A stretch of DNA of 64,000 nucleotides, taken from positions 1,120,001 to 1,184,000 of the forward strand of contig CAWCYI010000006.1 of assembly GCA_963799845.1 (NCBI GenBank), read 5' to 3'. The notes below the pieces were generated by a model. That model searched no databases, had not been told where the DNA came from, and saw only the letters and a list, made by a program, of their open reading frames with translations. The translations under genes and the position numbers were made by a program. This stretch comes from an uncultured Nitrososphaerota archaeon (GTDB taxonomy: Archaea > Thermoproteota > Nitrososphaeria > Nitrososphaerales > CADDZS01). Of the stretch, positions 48,953 to 59,473 are shown in pieces (position 1 is the first letter of the stretch; each line of letters begins with the position of its first letter).

Positions 48953-50975
48953 CTAACTCGCCGGGACTACTGTGTTCAGTATTGCTGTCGTAGATTCTCC
49001 GGTGAACGTGGGGTCCAAAAGGAAGCTTTTGATTGCGCTCTTGTCATATGCGATTGAACCCGAGGCGAATGCCAGCTTTGGCGAAGCCAACCAGATGTAC
49101 GGAGCATCGTTGTAGACTTGCTTGTATGCTGCGGTGCAGAGATTGGTTAGCAGGGTCTGATTCGTGGTGGTAAAGAATCCGTTAACACACGCTGTGACAG
49201 TAGGGTTGCCATAGTTAGCATAATCTCCCCCCACACCATTCGGATTAACAAACGCAAGCCATGCATCAGCCGGAGTTGGCTCATTAGGTGCGAAGCTTGG
49301 ATAACCCATCCAAGTCATTTGGGCCTCTACTTTCGAATAATTTGATATGGATAATGCATTGGAACCATATCCCGAAACATATGGAAATGCTAGTTCTGTA
49401 GTGGGAATCACGCCAATGCTTATTGGGATGCCAATGACGCCAAGATCCGCTTGAATAACCTGCGCTCCTGATATACAGACACCACAGCCTGCTGCGACGT
49501 CGAAGGTAAGCGGTTGAAGGCTTGCCGTATTCACGCCAGATGCCTTCATGTCGGCCATCAGCTTCAGTAAGATTGTAGTTATAGGGCGGCAGGTTTCCTA
49601 GATCGTAATACTGGCTGAATGCCGCATACTCCGGTCCCAACAAGGGTGCGTAATCCCCAAAGAAAACAGATTGTCCAAAGCTCGTGTAATTTATTGCATG
49701 AACAATTGCTTGCCTGACGAGTGTGATATTCGTCGGATAACGTAGCGTGTTCATGCCTACACCCTCAATTATCATTGATTGGTTTGGTATGCTTGCGGCA
49801 CCGTATTTTGCCGGATTCTGTTGTATTAAAGGCCAGTCCTGCGCGAAAATAGTAGCTATTTGGGCCTGTCCCGTCGAAAGATCAGTGTATCTGACGAGGT
49901 CATCCGTCTTACCATAAACGAATATTGTCTTGTAGTGTCCTGGGTCGATGTATGGATCAGTTGCTATTTGAGCCGAAGTTAAATTACGACCCCAATAGTT
50001 TGGATTCTGCTGGAATTCTTCGTAACCGTTCTGGACATATTGCGTCATAATATATGGACCGGTGCCTGGGACATAGAGTGCAGAGGAGGACGGATCACTG
50101 AAGTCTGGATTGAAGCCACTGGAAGGAGTGCCAAATCCTCCGTTATTTATGATAAATTGGGAATCAACAATCATTCCAGGATACTGAACCAGCACTAAGG
50201 GCACATACGCAAATGGTACCACACGAAGAACCAGAGTGTTTGCATCAGAGCATGAAATCGGCCAGGCTGAATTCTGCATTACAGAAAGCAATTGCGAGGA
50301 GGGATTGACTATTCCAGTCCCATTCATCATGTCATCTGTGGAGACACCAAAGTTAACGCCTGTGAAATTGAAGAGTGGATAACTTTGCATAAAGTTCGAA
50401 GCATTTCCTGACACCCAGTAGACATTGTACCATTCGGCCCAGACCTGATAACAATTGAACGGATCACCGTTTGAAAAAGTGACGCCCTGTCTCAAATGAA
50501 AAGTGTAAATTGTCCCGCTTGCAGAAACGGTCCAATTCGCAGCAAGATCAGGTTCTGGCGTTACTGTCCCATTTTGATACAATGAATTCCCGTTGTCTGT
50601 TACAATACTTTGAAAGACAGACTCTAACCACCAATTACTTCCTGTAACATCGAAAAGCGCGGCGAATGGACTCGCCCCCAGTGTTGGCAAGAAAGCTTCG
50701 TCAACTGTTAGAGTGCTGGAAGGGGCAACGGAGCTGCTGCTTGATGATGTAACCGAGCTTGATGAGCTGATGGAAGAAATGGAACTGCTTGACGTTGACG
50801 ATGAAGAAGTCGAAGAGGAGCTAGTCGTGGTAGATGTGGTCGTGGATGTCGAAGCTGTCAGCAAAACTGCCGCCGCACCCGCGACTACAATAATTACAAC
50901 AATCACGACAATGATAGCTATTCTACTGATCGCGTTTAAAGTCAGAGTTTTTTTATGAATGCTCGATGAAGACAA
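48953..50975 (-). CDS. ABC substrate-binding protein family 5, split by one extra base near 49559
   Basis: YNYNLTEA joins MADMKASG when one base is removed (about 673 aa); PDLAANWTVS, LRQGVTFSNGDPF, GTGPY; N-terminal anchor plus Ser/Thr linker. Confidence 0.85.
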
Positions 50976-51124
50976 CAGGTTTGCTCTTTGTGTGTCGTTA
51001 TTTAGGATTTGCTACCATCCGGGAGAACAGTGCTCGATAACGAAAATCTTAATTGATTCTTCGCAGGCCAGAAATTTTTCTGGATTACTCGTAAATCGGA
51101 TCAGAATATCGACAATTAATGCCC

Positions 51125-51937
51125 TTACCAGAGCAATAGCTTCTCAATCGACTCTTTCGCTCTCTTCACGACGCTGTCTTCGTTCATCAACCAGTATTTT
51201 TGGTTAAACAACTCTACAGAAACCGGCCCCTCGAATTTTCTCTCGCGCAGTTCTCGCATGTACTTCTGGAGGTCGATGACTCCCTCGAAGGGAAATACCC
51301 TGTCCGTATCCACGAGATTTTCTATCTTAATAGCCGGAGCGTCATTGACGTGGAAAGCCAGCAGTTGGTCGGCGAATCTTTGCGGGAGAGAATTGAAAGT
51401 TTCCCCGCTTCTATACATGTGAAACACGTCCAGCACGAGATCGATTTTTCCGTTCCACTTCTTTAGACTGGCAACTGTTTTTCTCAACGTGTTCGTGACC
51501 TTATTGTCGTAGCTCACAAATTCGTAGCCTAGTCTTAGGCGATGTTTCTCGGCGATCACGGAGACGTTCTCGATGAACTGATCAAATCTCTTCTCCGTGT
51601 CAGCCTCCCATCCCGGATTAAAGTTGGCTGGGTTGACCACGATAATGTCAGAGCCGACATCATTACACAGTGCGATAACAGTCTCCGCGCGTTTCAGAGA
51701 CTCCTCCATTTCGCCTTCGGCCATGATCGGATAGTTATCAATCGCGTTCAAACTCACGACATTGATGTCATTGTCTTGGAGTGTTGCCCTAAGTCTTGGC
51801 AATCCTTCCTTCTTTATGGTTGCTTCGGTCTTGTCGATGTCGAGTTCGATGTCAGCAAAATCGTGTTTTCGAGCGCTCTCAATGAATCTAATTGTATCAG
51901 TCGTCATGACCGTAGCCTGATTTATGCACTGTATCAA
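51125..51937 (-). CDS. Sugar phosphate isomerase/epimerase (IolI-like)
   Basis: CINQAT, GYEF, VLDVFH, FHVND, DRVFPFEG, VELFN. Confidence 0.88.
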   Translation of the reverse strand: MIQCINQATVMTTDTIRFIESARKHDFADIELDIDKTEATIKKEGLPRLRATLQDNDINVVSLNAIDNYPIMAEGEMEESLKRAETVIALCNDVGSDIIVVNPANFNPGWEADTEKRFDQFIENVSVIAEKHRLRLGYEFVSYDNKVTNTLRKTVASLKKWNGKIDLVLDVFHMYRSGETFNSLPQRFADQLLAFHVNDAPAIKIENLVDTDRVFPFEGVIDLQKYMRELRERKFEGPVSVELFNQKYWLMNEDSVVKRAKESIEKLLLW

Positions 51938-51987
51938 TTGAAATGAAACCTACCCGATCGTATCCGATAAAAATAATGTTGCTGGGC

Positions 51988-52563
51988 TTACTTGTGAACC
52001 GGAAGATCTCTCCGGCTTCCTCGGAGGAATGCCACGATCGGGATTGCAACGATCGCTTTGACCGCATCTACTGGAATGAATGGAATCGCGCCGACGATGA
52101 TAGCCTGTGAAAGACTAATTTTTGTAAACTCGCCAAGCCATACGACTCCAATTCCGTAAATCAAAAGAAGGGCGGCTGCTGAAGCAAGTGAAACTTTGAT
52201 GAGATCAGTAATTTTCGATGTTGAGACCTTTCCAGAAATTCTGCCCCCCAAAAGTGTCGCGACCGGGAAAGCGATGAGGTAACCACCCAGCGGGCCAAAG
52301 AGAACTCCGGGTCCGGCGCTCCCACCCGCGAAAACCGGGATACCGGAAACGCCCAGTAGAAGATACACAAGACACGATAGGGTGCCATAATAGGAGCCAA
52401 GCAAGTTGATGATTAGAAAGACCACGAACACTTGAAGCGTAATCGGGACCGGCGAGAACGGAAGAGGGATGCTGATCAGCGAAAAAATTGCGAGCAAGAC
52501 AGCGAAAAGTGCCGTAAGTGTGATCCCTCTGGTTCGTGAATAGCTATTTCGCGTTTGCAGCAT
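51988..52563 (-). CDS. bioY: Biotin transporter BioY
   Basis: PVPITLQ, YLLLGVSGIPVFAGG, GPLGGYL, PFIPVD. Confidence 0.92.
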   Translation of the reverse strand: MLQTRNSYSRTRGITLTALFAVLLAIFSLISIPLPFSPVPITLQVFVVFLIINLLGSYYGTLSCLVYLLLGVSGIPVFAGGSAGPGVLFGPLGGYLIAFPVATLLGGRISGKVSTSKITDLIKVSLASAAALLLIYGIGVVWLGEFTKISLSQAIIVGAIPFIPVDAVKAIVAIPIVAFLRGSRRDLPVHK

Positions 52564-52766
52564 GAGAATCGGGTTCTGATCTGAGACGTCCGGACTAAAT
52601 TTTCCGGAGTACTAAAAAATTAGGTTGCCATTGGAATAATTCACTCTTGAAGAATGCAGGTTAGGCTACATTAGCACTCTAATCGCAACCGTCTAAACCA
52701 CTTCTGGTTATCATAAATGATAATCGCATTGCAAGTTAAGTAGCGGAACCCGGTCCTTCCTCTTTA

Positions 52767-53240
52767 GTGGCACATATGAATCAAAAAGGAGCTTCTGTTC
52801 CGGCTTACCGGAAATCGAGCTGGGTAATATTACACGTCGCGAATCCGTTGACCCGCTTTTTCGTGGGAAGGCTTGGCATGGGAGCTTCTAGCGGAGTGCG
52901 AATTCTCGAAGTCAAGGGAAGGAAAAGCGGCGTCTGGCATGCCACCCCAATCAGATTGCTTGAGCTCGACAGCAAAAGATATCTTGTTGCACTGCAGGGA
53001 GAAACATACTGGGTTAGAAATCTAAGGGTCCAGGGGAGTGGGCAACTCAAAATTGGTGGTAAAGTGACGGACTTTAGGGCGATTGAACTCCCGAACGAAG
53101 AAAAATCGCCAATCCTTAGGGCATATTTGAAACGATGGTGGCCTGTATGCAAAGGGCTCACTACAATAAAGTCTCCGGATGCTCCCGACGAAGAATTCGC
53201 GAGCGCAGCCCCGTTGCACCCAGTGTTTGAGCTAAAGTAG
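52767..53240 (+). CDS. Deazaflavin-dependent nitroreductase-like (DDN/DUF385) protein
   Basis: LEVKGRKSG, WVRNLR, C-terminal HPVFEL. Confidence 0.8.
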   Translation: MAHMNQKGASVPAYRKSSWVILHVANPLTRFFVGRLGMGASSGVRILEVKGRKSGVWHATPIRLLELDSKRYLVALQGETYWVRNLRVQGSGQLKIGGKVTDFRAIELPNEEKSPILRAYLKRWWPVCKGLTTIKSPDAPDEEFASAAPLHPVFELK

Positions 53241-53335
53241 GAACTTCGGGATTCATCGAGGAATCTCATATCTGATGATCGTCTACGGACCTTAAATGAG
53301 GCGTGAGCTGTTATCCATTATTGGTGGCTATTCGA

Positions 53336-53830
53336 ATGCAAGCTGAATCTCGAGCCCAAACTCAAAGGCGAGGGAGGAATAACGAAATACTGAGCATTCC
53401 TCAGCGGTTTGGAGAGATGGTATCAGTCGCAGTTGTCTTACTTATACTCGGCTTCTACCTTTACCATCAATTTGCTAATACCGGCTTCTTCACTACCAAA
53501 TTTGGAGGATGGGAAATGTTCGCATTTTACGGCTCAGTGGTCCTATCGTTTCTTCCACCGCTTGCGAGAGCTTTCATAGGTCGTAGAAATCCTGTCCGGC
53601 CATTGGAGGTATTCTGCAACATCTTTTTCGCGTTCGCATCACTTGGGCTTTTGATAGTCTTTCCATTCAACTTCGGGCATTTCACGGCTGCATTGCCTGA
53701 CGGGCTTCGTTTCTTGTTATCCTGGGTAACAAACGATATGGCCAGGGCAGTACTTCTGCTAGCGTTTTTTGGTGGGCTTGCCTCGGCAGCTTACAACATT
53801 GTCAGATACCAGTCTTTTCGTCGCAGTTAG
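53336..53830 (+). CDS. Hypothetical membrane protein
   Basis: About four hydrophobic segments; ATG at 53336 preferred over GTG 53303. Confidence 0.6.
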   Translation: MQAESRAQTQRRGRNNEILSIPQRFGEMVSVAVVLLILGFYLYHQFANTGFFTTKFGGWEMFAFYGSVVLSFLPPLARAFIGRRNPVRPLEVFCNIFFAFASLGLLIVFPFNFGHFTAALPDGLRFLLSWVTNDMARAVLLLAFFGGLASAAYNIVRYQSFRRS

Positions 53831-53910
53831 TTTAATGAATTAATTCGACTGACGTGCAGATCCCTCTTCAAGTATACTGCTGAGCTCACCTATCAGTTGG
53901 CACTTCATTG

Positions 53911-54282
53911 TTAATCATATTCCTTCTTCACCGAGTCAAAGCAGGACCACGTTCCGCGGTGGCAGGCGACGCCAATTTGATCAACCAGATACAGAATCGT
54001 ATCTTTGTCGCAATCGGTGTCGATTTTCTTGATCGTTTGCAGATTTCCCGATGTTTCGCCCTTCTTCCACAAGGACGAACGTGACCTGCTCCAGTAGTGC
54101 GCCATTCCGGTCGAGAAAGAAAGTGAGAGAGCTTCTTTGTTTGCATACGCAAGCATCAGGACATCCTTGGTCTCGCTGTCCTGTACTATGACTGGCACGA
54201 TCCCTCCTCCTTTCGCGAAATCGATCCCCTCGATGAGCTCGGCTGTACTTTTTTGTTGTTTTTCCATTTCTGACATGTTCAA
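53911..54282 (-). CDS. hisI: Phosphoribosyl-AMP cyclohydrolase
   Basis: [24 protein letters not shown]-x2-SCF; no HisE domain. Confidence 0.95.
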   Translation of the reverse strand: MNMSEMEKQQKSTAELIEGIDFAKGGGIVPVIVQDSETKDVLMLAYANKEALSLSFSTGMAHYWSRSRSSLWKKGETSGNLQTIKKIDTDCDKDTILYLVDQIGVACHRGTWSCFDSVKKEYD

Positions 54283-55049
54283 AACCTAACCCTAACTCCT
54301 ACGCCCCTGAGATACTCTTTCACCTCACCTACGGTCGATTCCCCGTAGTGAAAAATCGAAGCCGCAAGAGCTGCATCCGCCGCATTTGGCCCCTTCAGGA
54401 TTTTTGCAAAGTCGGAAATTTTCCCACAGCCGCCACTTGCTATGACGGGCACTGTGGTCTTCGAAACAACTGCCCTCGTCATTTCAGTATCGTAACCAAG
54501 CTTCGTTCCGTCCCTGTCAATTGAAGTAAGTAAAATCTCACCCGCTCCCTTCTGCTCCGCCTCCCTTGCCCACCAAATTGCATCAATGCCGGTGTCCAAT
54601 TTTCCTCCATACGTGCATACGGTAAGACCTGAATCTGTGGCGTTACTTCTTTTCGCATCTATCGCGACCACCACGCATTGCGCGCCGAAAATATCTGAAA
54701 GCTCGCTCACAAGCGATGGATTTTCAACCGCGCTCGTGTTGACGCTCACCTTGTCCGCGCCATTCGATAGAACGGTTCGCGCATCTTCGATTGAAGATAT
54801 CCCGCCACCGATAGTAAAGGGGATGTCGAGCTCTTTGGCGACCTTTCTGACAAGATCTACTCTTGTCTTTCGTTTCTCCTCTGAAGCCGAGATGTCCAGA
54901 AACAGCAGCTCGTCGGCACCGTCGTCGCGATATTTTCCTGCAAGCTCTACAGGGTCGCCCGCAAGTTTCAGGGATACAAAGTTCGTCCCCTTTACCACTT
55001 TGCCTTCCTTGACGTCCAGGCAGGGAATGATCCTCTTTGCGAGCGGCAT
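54279..55049 (-). CDS. hisF: Imidazole glycerol phosphate synthase cyclase subunit
   Basis: [33 protein letters not shown]. Confidence 0.97.
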   Translation of the reverse strand: MPLAKRIIPCLDVKEGKVVKGTNFVSLKLAGDPVELAGKYRDDGADELLFLDISASEEKRKTRVDLVRKVAKELDIPFTIGGGISSIEDARTVLSNGADKVSVNTSAVENPSLVSELSDIFGAQCVVVAIDAKRSNATDSGLTVCTYGGKLDTGIDAIWWAREAEQKGAGEILLTSIDRDGTKLGYDTEMTRAVVSKTTVPVIASGGCGKISDFAKILKGPNAADAALAASIFHYGESTVGEVKEYLRGVGVRVRF

Positions 55050-55793
55050 CTATGGTTTCGCCCATTGCATTTGTCCAAGAATCGATATGGGGATTGTTTC
55101 TTCGTAGAATCCCTTGCCGATTATCGCCTCATCGATTCCTATGTTCGATAGTTTCGAAATGTCTTCAATGGTCGTTACTCCGCCGCTTGCGATGATCTTA
55201 CCTTCATCGCCCATTGCGCTTCTGAAATTCTCTAGATTCTCAATGTCAGGGCCTTTCATCATTCCGTCTCGATCAATCGAGGTCATCAGGAAATTTGTAA
55301 AGCCGAGTCTCGAAAACCTTGAGATTGCCCTTAGGGCAGACTCTCTTTCCGCTTTAGTCCAGCCCGATGTCTTGATATTGCCGACACTATCGTAATCAAG
55401 TGCGAGTACTAACTTGTTTTCGCCTAGCGACTTTAGAATTTCAATCGCAATTTCCGGCGCCGAATATGCGATGGAGCCGACGACGATTTTCGCCGCTCCT
55501 CGATCGATTAGGGATCTTGCATTGGTGATGCTCCTTATTCCTCCGGCGATTTGAAACTTGACTGAATCTCCCAGATCTGTTAGCAATCTATCTATCGTTT
55601 TTTCATTCCTTTTTGGATCGGATTTCACAGCCGCGTCCAGATCAACAACATGTATTATCGCCGCACCGCTTGCAACGAACTTTTTGGCAGTTTCAACTGG
55701 GTTGTCGGAATAAACATGCACGCGATTCAGATCTCCTTGTTGTACTCTTACAACTTGCCCGTCAAGCAGATCTATTGCTGGCACCAAGATCAT
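55050..55793 (-). CDS. hisA: ProFAR isomerase
   Basis: PAIDLLDGQVVR, HVVDLD, GGIR, IDRDGMMKGPD. Confidence 0.95.
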   Translation of the reverse strand: MILVPAIDLLDGQVVRVQQGDLNRVHVYSDNPVETAKKFVASGAAIIHVVDLDAAVKSDPKRNEKTIDRLLTDLGDSVKFQIAGGIRSITNARSLIDRGAAKIVVGSIAYSAPEIAIEILKSLGENKLVLALDYDSVGNIKTSGWTKAERESALRAISRFSRLGFTNFLMTSIDRDGMMKGPDIENLENFRSAMGDEGKIIASGGVTTIEDISKLSNIGIDEAIIGKGFYEETIPISILGQMQWAKP

Positions 55794-55800
55794 TTAGAGA

Positions 55801-56445
55801 TCAGCACTTTGAATATGACAGGACGGACTTTGCAAAGTTGGAAATCAACTGAAGCCCAAACTCTCCCGACTTTTCTGGATGGTACTGAGTCCCGCATACA
55901 TTCCCCTCCTGCACGATCGAAGGGAATGTGCAATTCCCGTACGAAGTTTCCCCCAATACAATCCCTTTGTCATCAAGTCGAGGATAGTACGAATGAGCAA
56001 AGTATGCCCAATCTTTCGACTTCAAGTCAGCGACAAGTCCTGCTTTCGAAGACGGGAGAACCAGATTTACCTTATTCCAGCCCATGTGCGGAACTTTCAC
56101 TCCGTGTCCTTTGTTGAAACGGACAACCTCCCCTGAGAATAGTCGCAGACCTTTTCCCTCGCCTTCTTCGCTTTTCTCAAACATCAGCTGCATTCCAAGA
56201 CAAATTCCGAGAATCGGCATTTTCTCCTTCTGGACATCGTTGAGAATATCATCCCGGCATTCGCCCAAGACCTCCTGGGCGGATGTGAAACTGCCCACTC
56301 CCGGAAGAATCAATCCGTCAGCCCTACCCGCCTCATACTTTGGGGAAATTCTTACGGTACTTCGACCAGAAACCTTCGCAAGGGAATTGCGTATGCTAAA
56401 TAAATTACCAGAACCATAGTCCAGAATCTGAATCAGGGCGCGCAT
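55801..56445 (-). CDS. hisH: Imidazole glycerol phosphate synthase glutaminase subunit
   Basis: Start at ATG 56445 (MRALIQILDYGSGN); LPGVG, GICLGMQ, QYHPEKS. Confidence 0.95.
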   Translation of the reverse strand: MRALIQILDYGSGNLFSIRNSLAKVSGRSTVRISPKYEAGRADGLILPGVGSFTSAQEVLGECRDDILNDVQKEKMPILGICLGMQLMFEKSEEGEGKGLRLFSGEVVRFNKGHGVKVPHMGWNKVNLVLPSSKAGLVADLKSKDWAYFAHSYYPRLDDKGIVLGETSYGNCTFPSIVQEGNVCGTQYHPEKSGEFGLQLISNFAKSVLSYSKC

Positions 56446-56446
56446 G

Positions 56447-57028
56447 TCACATCGAACCTTTCGAGCTTGGTATCGTTTCCCGTCGAGGGTCTTTCTCCGC
56501 CGCGGATCGAAGCGCGAGTGCGAGAGCCTTGAAGCATGCCTCGATCTTGTGATGGTCGTTGGTGCCGTATTCAACTCTGATGTGCATCGTGCACTGGATC
56601 GAATCGCAGAGCGAGGCAAAAAAATGGGCCGCGTCTTCCCTCGGTAAATCTTCTACGGAGTTTCTCCTGATTTCGAAATTGGAGAGGACAAAGTATCGGC
56701 GCTTCACGAGGTCCACTGAGGCGAATGCGAGCGTCTCATCCATCGGGACGAACGCGCTTCCGAATCTCCTTATTCCCATCCTGTCGCCGAGAGCACCTGA
56801 GATGCACTTTCCCAGTGCGAGCGCGGAATCCTCGACGATGTGGTGCTTCAGGTCTCCGACTGCTCGAATCTCGATGTCAAATAGACTGTGAGTGGAAAAA
56901 GCCGAAATCATGTGATCGAGGAACTTTGTTCCTGTCGAAATATCGTTTTTCCCGGTTCCATCCAGATTTACGTAAACTTGGATCTGAGTTTCTTTCGTCT
57001 TGGTCTCGATGCGGGCTGATCTCTTCAA
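56447..57028 (-). CDS. hisB: Imidazoleglycerol-phosphate dehydratase
   Basis: TKETQI, FLDHM, HHIVED, PMDE, NDHHKIE, PSSKG. Confidence 0.97.
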   Translation of the reverse strand: MKRSARIETKTKETQIQVYVNLDGTGKNDISTGTKFLDHMISAFSTHSLFDIEIRAVGDLKHHIVEDSALALGKCISGALGDRMGIRRFGSAFVPMDETLAFASVDLVKRRYFVLSNFEIRRNSVEDLPREDAAHFFASLCDSIQCTMHIRVEYGTNDHHKIEACFKALALALRSAAEKDPRRETIPSSKGSM

Positions 57029-57029
57029 A

Positions 57030-58127
57030 TCAAAGTATCCTCCTCAGTGCGTAGAGAAGTTTTCGATTAGCTTCCATAGATCCAACAGTTATCCGGAGAA
57101 ATCCCTTCTCCCGTCCCAGCTCTGGAAAATATTTTAGTGCGATGGCGTACTTTGATAACAACTCTTCCGCGATCTCTTTCGCGTTGTTCGCCTGAACAAG
57201 AATGAAATTTGTGTCCGACTTTGGAATGACTCTAATTGAATCAAGTTTCTGCAGGGAAGCTATCAGCTCCTCGCGAAATTTCTTTGTCTTTTGCGCCCAT
57301 TCCAGTACGACATCCTTTCGCCTCAGCAGTTCTATCGCCATTGCGATCGATAGCCCGGTGACAGGATACGGATACTGAACGTCATTGTTGAATCTCTTGA
57401 TGAATTCAGCGTCGGAAGACAGGATATACCCGAGCCGCAGAGAAGCAAGGCCGAAAGCCTTTGAGAAAGTCCGCAGGATCACTAGGTTCTTGTGCGATTT
57501 CATTAGGCGTTTTGTGGCGTCGTACTTGGCGTACTCAACGTAGGCTTCGTCCAGCATGACGGTCTTGTTCGGCGAAGTATCAAGAATATCTTCAACCGTC
57601 TCGATTGGAAACTGGTTTCCCGTGGGGTTGTTTGGCGAAACGAGGGCCAGCAACTTCGCGTTGCTTTTGTGCCACGCATCCTTGACATCACCAATAGGAA
57701 GCGAAAACGGTTCTTCTGCAGTTGAGAGATTTAGCCAGAGTTCCCTGAATTTGGAGCCCTGTCTTCTCGCGAAGATCGAGTACATCGAGAAGGTCGGTGA
57801 TACTATCAGGAGTACGTCGGAGGGCTTTGGAAGTTTCATCCTGAACAAGAGGTCGATGAGCTGATCTCCTCCCACGCCTATTGCAACCGAGCTTGACGAA
57901 CAACCGCAGTACTTCGCGATCTCCTGGTTAAGGACAAGAGAATCTCCTTCATCGATTGCAGGCGGGTATATCCGAGGATCGTACTCGTCTACGCATTTGG
58001 CGAGTATCGACCGCATCAGGTTCTTGGGGAACACGATATTCTCGTTTAGATTCATTCGTTGAAGGTTCTGCTGGAAATAATTGATATTGAAAAGGGACTG
58101 CGTATATCCGAGATCTGATGTGTTCAT
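57030..58127 (-). CDS. hisC: Histidinol-phosphate aminotransferase
   Basis: SPNNPTG, DEAYVEY, RTFSKAFGLASLRLGY; position in his operon. Confidence 0.92.
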   Translation of the reverse strand: MNTSDLGYTQSLFNINYFQQNLQRMNLNENIVFPKNLMRSILAKCVDEYDPRIYPPAIDEGDSLVLNQEIAKYCGCSSSSVAIGVGGDQLIDLLFRMKLPKPSDVLLIVSPTFSMYSIFARRQGSKFRELWLNLSTAEEPFSLPIGDVKDAWHKSNAKLLALVSPNNPTGNQFPIETVEDILDTSPNKTVMLDEAYVEYAKYDATKRLMKSHKNLVILRTFSKAFGLASLRLGYILSSDAEFIKRFNNDVQYPYPVTGLSIAMAIELLRRKDVVLEWAQKTKKFREELIASLQKLDSIRVIPKSDTNFILVQANNAKEIAEELLSKYAIALKYFPELGREKGFLRITVGSMEANRKLLYALRRIL

Positions 58128-59440
58128 TGATTTTTTCTCCCACTCTTACTGAATCTCGATAGAGGGGCAGATGCGTGGTTGGGAAATCCCTCCAGATTTG
58201 CTAACCTTGAGACAAACTTCGAGCCGGCGTATAGAGAATTTTTGCTCCCAGCAACCGTAGTACATCTTTTCAGGAATCTTTCGACGCCCAGGCCCGGATA
58301 AAATCTGGCAGTGCCCCCCGTGGGCAGGATGTGGTTTGTCCCCACGATGTAATCTGAAGATGCACACGGTGCGTAATCCCCGAGGAGGATGAGTCCGGCA
58401 TTCGACAATTTTTCGGCACTGCGTTTCGGATTCTTCATCATAACTTCGAGATGTTCCGGCGCAAGTTTCTGCGAGAATTCTATCAAAAGATCTTTAGATC
58501 GCGCATAGACGCAGAATAAAATTGATCGAGAAATGTGTTCCTGTCTAGGTCGTTTAACCTCGTTGGATAGAATCTGTCTGACCGAATTGATCGTTTCTCT
58601 GGAATTGCTGGCAAGGCCGCAGATGGTGCGGTTTCCGTGTTCGGCCTGCGAGATCAGATCCTCGGCGATGTACTCAGGCTTGGCAGACTCATCGGCGACG
58701 ATTAGAAGCTCGGTGGGACCTGCGAGGCTGTCGATGAGGACGTTCTCGGATGAGCTGATCTGTTTTTTCGCCTCCGCGACGTATTCGTTTCCGGGCCCGA
58801 CTATCAAGTGAACTTTTCTGACCTGCGAAGTACCCACTGCCATGGCAGCTATAGCCTGAGCGCCGCCTAACTTGAATATCTCGGTCGCTCCGCCTAAAGA
58901 TGCTGCAACAAGCACGGAATCTGGCAGATTTCCATCACTCTTGGGAGGAGTCGCGAGGACGATCTCTTTCACCCCCGCTTCTTTGGCGGGCACGCATATC
59001 ATCAAGACGGTGCTCGGATACGCCGCGAGCCCACCTGGAACGTATCCTCCGATCCGATTGAAGGGCGAATATTTTTCAGTTATCAAAAATCCAAGTGGAG
59101 ACCGAAATTTGGTTTCCCGGAAACGCGACATTTGATTTTTTGAAAATATCCCAATCTGCTGGGCCGCCATCTTTAGGGCGCTAAGAGACGGAGGATCTAT
59201 TCTCGAGAATGCTCTTTGAATTTCCTCTCTAGTAACTACAAGATCTTTAGTTCGGGAAACGTTAGCAGAGTCGAATTTCCTTGTCAGCCTGAGGAGCTCT
59301 TCATCGCCCTTCTCTCTGACCAGACTTATGATCTCGGAGACCCGGGATGATATTTCGCTGGAATCCTTGCTGCTTCTGAGATCAGATACAACCCTACTGA
59401 CGCCCTCTATGTTCTCTACTTCGTACTCCCGAACGTTCAA
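58124..59440 (-). CDS. hisD: Histidinol dehydrogenase
   Basis: YVPGG[10 protein letters not shown], [34 protein letters not shown]. Confidence 0.97.
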   Translation of the reverse strand: MNVREYEVENIEGVSRVVSDLRSSKDSSEISSRVSEIISLVREKGDEELLRLTRKFDSANVSRTKDLVVTREEIQRAFSRIDPPSLSALKMAAQQIGIFSKNQMSRFRETKFRSPLGFLITEKYSPFNRIGGYVPGGLAAYPSTVLMICVPAKEAGVKEIVLATPPKSDGNLPDSVLVAASLGGATEIFKLGGAQAIAAMAVGTSQVRKVHLIVGPGNEYVAEAKKQISSSENVLIDSLAGPTELLIVADESAKPEYIAEDLISQAEHGNRTICGLASNSRETINSVRQILSNEVKRPRQEHISRSILFCVYARSKDLLIEFSQKLAPEHLEVMMKNPKRSAEKLSNAGLILLGDYAPCASSDYIVGTNHILPTGGTARFYPGLGVERFLKRCTTVAGSKNSLYAGSKFVSRLANLEGFPNHASAPLSRFSKSGRKNQ

Positions 59441-59473
59441 ACCGACACCCCTGCCAGCCCTTGCTAAAAGCTT

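Noticed and set aside
56446-56619. Long N-terminal extension of HisH in the ORF track (similarly 12032..12202 for the ABC ATPase)
   Set aside because: These overlap the upstream genes; family homology starts at 56445 and about 12203.
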